Below are positions 1 through 9,800 of a stretch of 64,000 bases of DNA, piece after piece. Under the pieces are notes generated by a model. It saw only the letters and a program-made list of their open reading frames with translations. It was not told the DNA's origin and made no database searches. Positions within the stretch are counted from its first letter, which is position 1, and every line of letters begins with the position of its first letter. Made by a program: the position numbers and the translations under genes. The DNA is from a virus: positions 64,001 to 128,000 of IMG/VR virus record IMGVR_UViG_3300027747_003534; one strand, written 5' to 3'.

Positions 1-2
1 CT

Positions 3-3000
3 CTACTAGCTCAGTCTGCTAGAATCCAAGGTATTAATAATCTTATCAAAGCTAGATCATTATTTTCTGGATCTGAGACTTCAGTCAGAAAAGGAGAAAC
101 TAACTTTACCGGAGATATGGCAAGAAGAGATCGTAACTTAGTATATAAAGACCAGACCAGAACTCCTGAAAATTTTGAAGAAAGAGAAAATAACGTATCA
201 AGATCAGGACAAGTAAAAACATTAACGCCAGCAGATAATTCTGCAATACCTGGGTCTGGACCAAACGGAGAGCAAACTTCAGATGAGCGAAGAGAAACTT
301 CCAATAGGGCCAGGATGGCTAATGGCCGTGGAAACTCTGCTATTCGTGGCATTGAACTATGGGATACTAATAGGGATGGTAAAATCTCTTTTGAAGAATG
401 GAATCAATTTCGTCCTGAGAAAGAACCCGAACTGCAAAGATTTTTTGGGGCTTCCACATTTGACGCATTAATGGGAGCTTATTCTTCAGCATTAAAAGGC
501 TTGGGTCTTAGGGATAAAAATGCCACAGATAATTTCAAACCTAGAACTCTAAAAGACTATTTTAAAAATATTGATAAAGACAACACCGGATATATCGAAC
601 AACATGAATTCTCAGATATGGTTGGTAAACCACTAGAATATCTTGATATAGAAACAGATCGAGAAGCAAAAGAACTAGGAGATACACTAGGAACACAAAG
701 AGATCCTAGAGGCGCTCAGAAATTAGCCTATGATAAAATAGATAGAACTACCATCTCATCAGTAAAAAATTTATTAAAACAAGATTTTAAGGAATTATAC
801 CCAGTTTCTTTCTCTAAGGCTTCGCACTTCTCAGAAAGAGAAGTAATACAACCACAGATAGATGCTCTTAGAAAAATCACAGGGGTTTCTGAGCTAGATA
901 AGATAAATAAAAGAACAATCTTAGCAAATATAGGGTCTTCCTTAAATAAGGATAATAGTGATTGGGGTCTCTCTCCCAAAGTTGAGGAAAATCTTGGTAA
1001 TGTTATGGTTAAAATTAAGCAAGATTCTTTGCTATTTCCAGGAGTGGTTAATAAGGCATATACTCAAGGTCTTGCTACTCCTCAAGATCTGCTGCATAAC
1101 CCTGATATTAATTACGAGAAGACCCTTAAAAGGTCAGGAATTCCAGAAGACATATTTAAAACCATATGGCAAGACTATAAGCCAGTTTCTAAGTTTGATA
1201 ATCCGAATAGCAAAGACTCCTTAGACAAAATATATAAATTAAATAATGAGCTTAATTCTCAGGAAATAGGCGAAGACAAAGAAAGAACTACAGCAGCAGC
1301 ATTAAGTCAAAAATCAAACGCTAAAAAAAGATCAGCTAAAAAAGAATTAACAAAAAATACTTTAATAGAACAACTTCTCGTTAAAGCGAAATACTTTGAA
1401 CCAGATGTTTATAACAAGTTATGGCGTGGGCAGTATAAAGACTATTACGATGTGCCTGATCCAACTCTTGCTCGACACGTTGATATGTATAACACCCTGA
1501 TACCTTCCGGCGAAACTGGTCGTTTATCAAAGCCATCCGCAGATCAAGAGAAGGAGTATAGAAATAGATTAAAAGATATTAGTAAAAATCCAATTTATGC
1601 TAATAAAGGAATGCTTATCCCTTACCAACCCAGAGGAACTGATACTGTTCCTGCAATGTTGACTCCCGGAGAGTTTGTTATCAATAGAGCGGCCACCCAA
1701 CAAAATTTACCACTGCTACATGCTATTAATAGTGGAGCTAAAACTTATAGTAGTGGTGGAATTGTATATGCTGCTAATGGAGATTTGATAGGATCATCCA
1801 ATAGCTCCTCAAATAGTGATCTATCTAAAATCTCAGCAGTAGCATCTTTAGTTCCTAAAATCTTAAGTAAAGTAAAAGATTCTGATAAGATTAAATCTAA
1901 TCTCGATACTATTAATAATAACGTTATATTAAATCATAAACAAGGCAAAATATTAAACGATAAAATAAGTTTATTAAATAATAAAATTGATATGGGATTA
2001 GGAGATATTCAAGAAAATATTCCTACTGATAATTATTTGTCAAATATTCCTAATTATTTTTCAAATAATTTATCAAGAAGTTCATCATATGGATTGAATC
2101 ATGGGGGAATAGTTTATGCTGCGAATGGGAAGTTAGTAAATTATCAACCACAAGGAACAGATACTATTCCAGCAATGTTGACCCCAGGAGAATTCGTAGT
2201 TAATGCTCGGGCTACTAGTGCAAATCTTCCATTATTACAGACCATAAATAAGAGCAAGGGAGGCATTGCTTATTTACAACAAGGAGGTCTTCCTAATAAT
2301 AGAGATTTTTTAGAAAATAATAGAGATTTACAAAGATTTACAAGTCGTATTGGATTAAAAGCAGCTAGAGATATCATAAATCATAAAGATATGTATGATA
2401 TTTTTAATAATAATATGTTTCATGAAGACTTGGACGTTGATGCAAAAATAGTTGAGAGTAAGAGATATATCGACAGTCATATAACAGATAGGTCAAAAAT
2501 AGCTGCTAGAGAGCTAGTTAAACAAAGAATAAGGCAGAGACAGCGTTATTTAGACCAAATATTTACAGCTAATCGTTTTACCCTTGATGAAATAAGTTTT
2601 GGCGGGAGAGATCGTGAGCTTAGGTATACATTATTTGGAATAGAACTAAAAGAGATTTTAACTACACAATGGCGCAATGCTCAAGGGGAAAACTATAGGT
2701 TACAAGACGTTATCGAAGGAATCAACCCATCTCGCCCACCTTCTTTTTTTAATAATGGCGGAGTAGTTTATGCTCAAGATGGATTTGATCCATCAAAACA
2801 AAGAATGCCTACTTTATTCGATTTGCCCCAAGATTTTAGAAAACCACATAAACCATATAAGCCAGATGTTAAGCCAAAACCAGGATTAGCTGGAGCATCA
2901 ATAGGAGCACCAGAAAAAGTTAGTGCTACCACACAGAGAGCTATCGATAGTAAGGTTTGGGAACAGACACCTCAAGACATTCCCTATTGGTTTGGAACAA

Positions 3001-6000
3001 GAAAAGAATCAGAAACTGAAAGACAACAAAGAGTAATTGAGTACGGCTTGAACGAAAATCTACCTGAATGGTATAAAAATGCTGGAATGGCTTGGCAAAT
3101 GGTCGAAAATATTGCGCAAGGTTGGGCGGGTACCGGAGGAGCAGGTCATCAGCAGCCTAGATTAATGCAACGAGTAAAAGGATCACGAACACCACTAACT
3201 GGACAAAGACCGAACATTCCTGTTCCTGGTTATGGAGCTTCTAACCCTAATACTCTTAATGATTTAACAACATCAAATGTTACTAGACCAATGGTTAGGA
3301 CTGGAGATACTTTAGATAATGCTACTACTGATGCTGGTTTAAGACGCAGAGTCTCGTCGCCAAAAGATGCTCTTCAGAATGCGTCTACAAACAGTATGTC
3401 TAGACCTAAGCCAATATCAAATCAGGATAGTTTTGGTAACGAATCCACTAATGCTGGATCAAACCCAAAGCTACAATTAGCTCCTTTATCATCTAGTTTG
3501 GGAGGAACCACATCAAACTCCAATGTGTCACAGCCTGCTGTACCATCTAGTTCCTCATCCAAAGGTATTCTTGGTAAAATTTTAGAGTATATCAAAAAAC
3601 CTTTTGTAAAGCAACAAACTGATGAAGATCCACGGATGCCAGTATTTATGACAAAGAAACCAGATTCTGTAACTGAAGGAAATATACAGAAATTACTTTC
3701 AGATAGGCAGGTAGGATATACTGGCAGTTCGTTATTAGCAGGTAGAAATGCAAAACCCGGAATGTTAAAAGAAGTAGACAAATATCTGCGAGATGCTGGT
3801 ATAGATCCATCTTCTATGAAATTTGTTGGATCTGGTAGAGAATCGATGGTTTTTGATGCTGGTAATGGAAAAGTATTTAAACTTGGATATACACAAAATC
3901 GTGATGTTCAAAATATTTTAAAGTCTCCTGATTTAGAAGCTTTGTCTTTACCTTCCGATGTTCCAGGCGTAGCAGGATATACAGGAAGACAAAATATAGG
4001 ACCATATACTGTAGGCTTTCAACAAAGAACTCAAACGCTTGATCCAGAAGCTCAAAAACAATTTCAAACCGGCAATGTCGGTGCTGAAATGCAAAAATAT
4101 TTACGAGAAAAGGGGTACGAATGGAAAGACGCTCATCAGGGTAATGTTGGATACGCTACAGATCCGCGGTTTGGTATACCAACACCTATGGGATCATTAC
4201 AGGTTATTGATGGAGATGTTAGACCAATACAGGCGAAACAAAAAGGAGGCATGATATATGCTTCACAAGGAACACTAGTCAACTATCAACCTCGTGGTAC
4301 CGATACAGTGCCAGCGATGCTGACTCCGGGAGAATTTGTTGTTAATGCTCAAGCAACAAGACAAAATCTACCACTATTACAAAGCATCAATAAAAGCAAA
4401 GGAGGGGTAATTTATTCTGCTAATGGAGGTTTAGTAGGATTACTAAGACGAAAAAATGTTAATAGGATGGAAAACAAAGCACAAAGTACTAATGAAAGCA
4501 ATTCTTGGATAGGTGTTAATGGTGATGGGAAGCCTATGGATAAATTTGGCATGCCTATAGATAATTTAATGGATATTTATCCTTCTGATATTATGTTGGT
4601 TAATGCTCAGTCTAGGGAAAAAGCTTTGGAAGATATCCAAGCAAATACTAACTTTGATAAGGTAAAAGATACAGTACAAAAAGCCTCAGTCTTATGGCGA
4701 AAACAAAAATTAAACTTAGATGAAAATAATAATCGCAAAAGTGATAGTGATATTGTCTTAGACGAGCTAATATATCAAATAGCTTTTGAACCTAAAAGAT
4801 TTGATAAAAATAGCTATAGTTCAGATGCCGATGATACCGTTCTTGCGAAAGCAAAAAAGATAATGGAGGAAATCAATGGAACTGGAGGAGCAGTGCCTCC
4901 CGGAGCTGTTCCAAATGCTAATTTGCAGCTAACCAACACACAACTCTTACAAACTCAGAGAGTTAGTGATAGAATTTGGGAAAGAACAAGTTATTTAAAA
5001 CAAATTGTAAATAATACACAAAATGCGATAGATGTCTTAGGCCATAATCAAGCTAATAACGAAAAAAGAAATATTTTTGATGGAACAACTGTAGACGGAA
5101 CATCACAGTTTGACCCAGCAGCCATTGGAATATCTAATACGACAAATAAGCAAGGGACACAAGTCTTACAATCTCAAAATGATTGGGCAAAAAAAGAATT
5201 AGATTATATAAAAGCTGTTCGTGAGGAGATTATGACTCTCTCAACTCCAGAACAAAGAGCTAATTTAGCTCAAATGCCTAGACCGCCAGAAGTATTATAT
5301 GATGAGACAACACCTATCCCAATGAGATTTAATAGAGGTGGCGTTGTTTATGCTCAAGATGGATTTGATGCATCAAAGCTGCCTATTAATAAAAATAAAG
5401 GTGGTATAATTTATGCTTCACAAGGAACACTAGTAAACTATCAGCCTCGCGGCACCGATACTGTTCCTGCTATGCTAACACCAGGAGAATTTGTTGTTAA
5501 TGCTAAGGCTACGTCTAAAAATTTATCATTACTACAATCTATAAATAATGGAGTCCAGGGATATTCTAATGGAGGAGTGATTGATCCTATCTATAGGCCA
5601 AGGGGTGGATATACCCCACCAAGACCACCAAAACAAACATTAGAACAAAGACAACAAGCATACCAAGATCGTAGAGCAGCTGAAAAAACTGCTCGTGAAG
5701 ATAGAGCAACAGCTAGAAAAAATAAAACTACTTCATATGATCAAATGTTAAACGCTAGGGAAGAGGCTTACAGAGCCAACGTAGACGCTAGGGCAGATAA
5801 TAATAGATCTCCATTAGTAAAAATCTTCGAGGAACTAGAAAAACAAGTAAATGCTAATCCAGATAAATTTGAACTAGTTATGCCTGGCTCTGTTAGATCA
5901 GCTCTTGATGAGGATAAAGATGCGAAAGCAAAATCAGAATTCTATGAACAGCATTTTATGTCTTTGTCTCCAGAAGATGTATATAAGGCCGCTAAGGAGA

Positions 6001-6806
6001 TGTACTTAAAAGATCAAAGACAATTTAAATATTTAGAAGGTATTTATAATAGATCTAAACAAGCATTATTTCAATTTAGTAGATATCCTGCAATAGGAGG
6101 TAGAATAGTTGGCACAAGTGGTAAAACTGCCTTAGCAATACTTTCCAAGCAAGTTGAAGCAGCACATGCTCAGGGCTTAGTATTAGATAATGCTTGGAAA
6201 ATTTTAGGTCAAAAACATCCAGAATTTTTAGCCCAAAATAGCAATCGTCAAAATGCTGCTGGCCATGCCTCTGGAGGAATAATTTATGCTAATAATGGAA
6301 TGCTAATTCCTTATCAACCAAGGGGTAGTGATACTGTCCCCGCCATGTTAACGCCCGGAGAGTTTGTAGTCAATAAACAGGCAGCTCAAAATAATTTAGA
6401 TTTATTACAACAAATTAATAGTAAGAAATATAATCAAGGAGGCCATGTAGTCTATAAAGAAGCTGGAGGGCCAATACAACTTAAAAAACCAATATATAGA
6501 GCTAATGGGGGCATGACCGATGAAACTTCTGGAGGAGGCGGTGGTGTATCTAATAATAAAGATATGGGCCTAAATTTTGATGGATTAAGTCAGTTTACAG
6601 CAACATTTGGCAAGTTTATTCAACAACTAAATAGCCTAAAATTACCAGAAGTTATTAATATTCAAGGAAATCATAAAGTTGATGTTGTCATTAACGGAGC
6701 CGGAGCATTACAAGGTATGCAAGAAGGTATTAGAAACATGATTGTGGGAGAAGTTAATAAAGCCATGAGTAGCATAAGCAAACAAACAGATGGAGCAATA
6801 GCATGA
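3..6806 (+). CDS. Tape-measure-like giant virion protein, 5'-partial, with 5 GTDTVPAMLTPGEFV modules, two EF-hands and a kinase-like domain
   Basis: The frame of ORF 117..6806 stays open back to nt 3, so the gene probably starts upstream of the window. GGxxYAxxG and GTDTVPAMLTPGEFVVN motifs are typical of phage tape measure C-terminal regions. It lies directly before the fibre/baseplate-like genes with an ATGA overlap at 6803-6806. Confidence 0.75.
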   Translation, partial: LLAQSARIQGINNLIKARSLFSGSETSVRKGETNFTGDMARRDRNLVYKDQTRTPENFEERENNVSRSGQVKTLTPADNSAIPGSGPNGEQTSDERRETSNRARMANGRGNSAIRGIELWDTNRDGKISFEEWNQFRPEKEPELQRFFGASTFDALMGAYSSALKGLGLRDKNATDNFKPRTLKDYFKNIDKDNTGYIEQHEFSDMVGKPLEYLDIETDREAKELGDTLGTQRDPRGAQKLAYDKIDRTTISSVKNLLKQDFKELYPVSFSKASHFSEREVIQPQIDALRKITGVSELDKINKRTILANIGSSLNKDNSDWGLSPKVEENLGNVMVKIKQDSLLFPGVVNKAYTQGLATPQDLLHNPDINYEKTLKRSGIPEDIFKTIWQDYKPVSKFDNPNSKDSLDKIYKLNNELNSQEIGEDKERTTAAALSQKSNAKKRSAKKELTKNTLIEQLLVKAKYFEPDVYNKLWRGQYKDYYDVPDPTLARHVDMYNTLIPSGETGRLSKPSADQEKEYRNRLKDISKNPIYANKGMLIPYQPRGTDTVPAMLTPGEFVINRAATQQNLPLLHAINSGAKTYSSGGIVYAANGDLIGSSNSSSNSDLSKISAVASLVPKILSKVKDSDKIKSNLDTINNNVILNHKQGKILNDKISLLNNKIDMGLGDIQENIPTDNYLSNIPNYFSNNLSRSSSYGLNHGGIVYAANGKLVNYQPQGTDTIPAMLTPGEFVVNARATSANLPLLQTINKSKGGIAYLQQGGLPNNRDFLENNRDLQRFTSRIGLKAARDIINHKDMYDIFNNNMFHEDLDVDAKIVESKRYIDSHITDRSKIAARELVKQRIRQRQRYLDQIFTANRFTLDEISFGGRDRELRYTLFGIELKEILTTQWRNAQGENYRLQDVIEGINPSRPPSFFNNGGVVYAQDGFDPSKQRMPTLFDLPQDFRKPHKPYKPDVKPKPGLAGASIGAPEKVSATTQRAIDSKVWEQTPQDIPYWFGTRKESETERQQRVIEYGLNENLPEWYKNAGMAWQMVENIAQGWAGTGGAGHQQPRLMQRVKGSRTPLTGQRPNIPVPGYGASNPNTLNDLTTSNVTRPMVRTGDTLDNATTDAGLRRRVSSPKDALQNASTNSMSRPKPISNQDSFGNESTNAGSNPKLQLAPLSSSLGGTTSNSNVSQPAVPSSSSSKGILGKILEYIKKPFVKQQTDEDPRMPVFMTKKPDSVTEGNIQKLLSDRQVGYTGSSLLAGRNAKPGMLKEVDKYLRDAGIDPSSMKFVGSGRESMVFDAGNGKVFKLGYTQNRDVQNILKSPDLEALSLPSDVPGVAGYTGRQNIGPYTVGFQQRTQTLDPEAQKQFQTGNVGAEMQKYLREKGYEWKDAHQGNVGYATDPRFGIPTPMGSLQVIDGDVRPIQAKQKGGMIYASQGTLVNYQPRGTDTVPAMLTPGEFVVNAQATRQNLPLLQSINKSKGGVIYSANGGLVGLLRRKNVNRMENKAQSTNESNSWIGVNGDGKPMDKFGMPIDNLMDIYPSDIMLVNAQSREKALEDIQANTNFDKVKDTVQKASVLWRKQKLNLDENNNRKSDSDIVLDELIYQIAFEPKRFDKNSYSSDADDTVLAKAKKIMEEINGTGGAVPPGAVPNANLQLTNTQLLQTQRVSDRIWERTSYLKQIVNNTQNAIDVLGHNQANNEKRNIFDGTTVDGTSQFDPAAIGISNTTNKQGTQVLQSQNDWAKKELDYIKAVREEIMTLSTPEQRANLAQMPRPPEVLYDETTPIPMRFNRGGVVYAQDGFDASKLPINKNKGGIIYASQGTLVNYQPRGTDTVPAMLTPGEFVVNAKATSKNLSLLQSINNGVQGYSNGGVIDPIYRPRGGYTPPRPPKQTLEQRQQAYQDRRAAEKTAREDRATARKNKTTSYDQMLNAREEAYRANVDARADNNRSPLVKIFEELEKQVNANPDKFELVMPGSVRSALDEDKDAKAKSEFYEQHFMSLSPEDVYKAAKEMYLKDQRQFKYLEGIYNRSKQALFQFSRYPAIGGRIVGTSGKTALAILSKQVEAAHAQGLVLDNAWKILGQKHPEFLAQNSNRQNAAGHASGGIIYANNGMLIPYQPRGSDTVPAMLTPGEFVVNKQAAQNNLDLLQQINSKKYNQGGHVVYKEAGGPIQLKKPIYRANGGMTDETSGGGGGVSNNKDMGLNFDGLSQFTATFGKFIQQLNSLKLPEVINIQGNHKVDVVINGAGALQGMQEGIRNMIVGEVNKAMSSISKQTDGAIA
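1623..6419 (+). repeat. Five dispersed ~36-codon intragenic repeats at 1623-1730, 2142-2249, 4284-4391, 5439-5546 and 6312-6419
   Basis: Translation YQP(R/Q)G(T/S)DT(V/I)PAMLTPGEFV(V/I)N..A...NL.LL..IN occurs five times. Confidence 0.95.
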
Positions 6807-9800
6807 GCTATAATATTACAGATAATTTGGTTATTGGTAGCGGCATTAATCCTGATATAACATTATCACAAACATCGGGAATTAGCACAGTTTTTAATGC
6901 TAATAAGCAAAATATTGATTTTCAAATATCTTCTACTGGTAATTCTAGTCTCACTTATGATGCTTCTACCGGAAGACTGGGAATTAATACTGGTTTGCCA
7001 GACGCTGTCTTACACATAGTTACTCCATGCTCAAAAGATGGCCTAATTATAGAGAGCATTACTAACTGTCCTACCGGAGTCACTTTGTTACTGGTACACA
7101 ATCCACAAACACAGCCAGTAAGTGGCAGTTATCCATCTATTATAAATCTTGCTGGTAGAGATACTAATTATAATGAAATATATTATGGTCAAATATTATC
7201 TAAAATCTTAGACCCAAATACAGGATCAACAAGTGGGGAAATTATTTTTACAGTTGATCAAACTGGTATAAATAAACCTGTTTTTGTAGCTAATTTAGCT
7301 AATGTTACTTTAGGGGGTAATAATTCTGTTTCTGGTTTTTCTTATAATATTGTTGGTAACTATAATGAATTAAGTGGAACTTTATATAATAATATTGGGT
7401 CTCTCAATACTGGTAAAATTAATAGTGGAATAATTATTGGCAATAGTAATATTGTAAACGGAGACGGAGTATTTCTATTTGCTAATAATTCAGTATTTTC
7501 TGGAGTTTCTGGTATAAACGTAGGAAACTCAATTGTTACCAGTGGATCTAATAATACATTATTAGGTAATTTTGTTAATATCACAGGACTGCATAATATT
7601 TTATTGGGTAGTAATAATAATGCTAGTATTTCATCAACCGTTGGCTTGGCTCAAGGGCTAACCGCTTCTGGAATCTCAGGAATAGTTTTGGGCTCTAATG
7701 CTTCTAATATTGGCGATTTTAATATTTATATAGGGAACGACACTTCAGTATCTGGCAGTAATAATAATCTCATAGGTTCATTAGTATATTTAACTGGTAA
7801 TAATAATCTTTCTTATGGTAATCAAAATATAGTTAGCGGAAATAATCTAATATGTATTGGGTCTTATCAAACAGCATCTAATATTAATAGCGGAATTTTT
7901 ATAGGCAATAGAATAGGTTCCAACGATGCTGTTAGATCCATGATTATAGGTATCGGCAACAATAATAATCCTAATCAACAAGGACTGTCTGATAGCATAT
8001 TACTTGGTATTAATAATACCATAAATAGTGGAGGGGTACCAGACAAGCTTTTATTAGTTGGTCAAAATAATATTATAAAAGACATAACTAATTCTTTATT
8101 GGTTGGAAACCAGAACAATGCTAGTGGTTCAATAAATAATACAGTATTCCTTGGCAATACTAATTCAGCAGGATCTAATAGTAATAATAATATTATTATA
8201 GGTATTCTCAACAATCAAACTGGCGCATATATAAATACTGCTGGTAATATTAGTGGTATTGCTAAGGTTATGAATATTCCTCTTAATAACAGTGTTATTG
8301 CTGGTATTAATAATGCTCAATATGGTGGATTATCTAATAATATAGTTGGAAATAAAAACTCAGTATCCGGCTCGAACGACACTGTAATAGGCTCATTCAA
8401 TGATCTGCGTCATTCTTCAAAATCCTATAGTATAGGTAATTCTAACTACATTATTGGAGATAATATTGGTGCAGCAGGGAGCAATTCATTAATCGTTGGT
8501 AAAGACTCTCTTGTTTTTAATAACTCAGATAAACGTATGGATGTTTTTGGTAGTGGTAATATAGTTTTGGGTTATAATCAATTAGCAACTAGCGGGTTGG
8601 TAGTAGGTACCAATAATAAAATATATGGACTAAATAATACTATTTATGGAAGAAATAATACTCTTGGATCTATTGCTCATCCTTTTCTGATGAATGGTTT
8701 ATCTTCATTCAGCATATCTATTCCGTCATTAAATGTTTCTAATAAATATACTGTGGGCGATTTAGCTCTAATTTCTATCCAAAGTCCAGCTTCTACTGGC
8801 AATACATTTATAAGAGAAATATTAAATATTACAGAGAACACTATAGATAATACTACTGTCGTTCAGTTTAGCACTTCTATTGGTGTTGATGCTTCTAATG
8901 GTTATTATTCTATTAATTCTAATTTTGATGATAATAATAGTCCAAATAATACTGTTGTTAGTGGCTTGATTATGCCATACATGGTTGGTGGAGGTGCTGG
9001 AGGTCCAGAACTTAATCCATCATATGGTTGTAATAATATTATAATAGGATCAAATAATAAATATATATATAGTAGTGGTACAGTGATTGGCTTTAACAAT
9101 AATGTATCTGGTGTTAAAAATGTTGTTGTTGGTTATGGTATTAGCGGAATAACAGATAATACATTATATATTGGTACAAATAATTTAAATAAAGTTATTT
9201 TAGATAATGATTTAATAGTATTTAATTCTGGTAAAGTTCAAAGTAATTTTATTGTTAAATCAACAGATAATAATACTTCAATCGTTAATATTGATCTGAA
9301 TAATAATAGATTTGGAATTAATACCGATAGACCAACAGCTGATTTATCTGTAAGTGGATTAACTAGCACTAGTACAATTAGAGTAGGTTTTTCTTCACCT
9401 GATCAGTATGTTTTAACTTCTAATGTAAATGGCTATGGAACATGGCAATTACCAGTAAGGTTATCAGGATTAGATACTGGCCTAATGGTTAAAATTAATA
9501 ATAAAGTCGGTAGTGGTATTTCTAATATTTATTTTGATCCTAATGGTGAATCATTAAATTTTAATCTAGATAATAATAATGGATTAATAATAAATCCAAC
9601 AGGGATTTTTGTTAATGATGGTGGCAATCTTTATACAATGAGAATCAGAGGGAGCGGTGGTGATGATTTTGCTAAAGTATTATTTAATACTAATCTTGGT
9701 AATAATAGAATAGATTTCTTTAATGTAAGTGGAAATTCTGGAGTCTTTAATAATTTAAGCTTAGCTAGTGGTTTGAGTTTGCCAATAAGTCTTACTGGTA

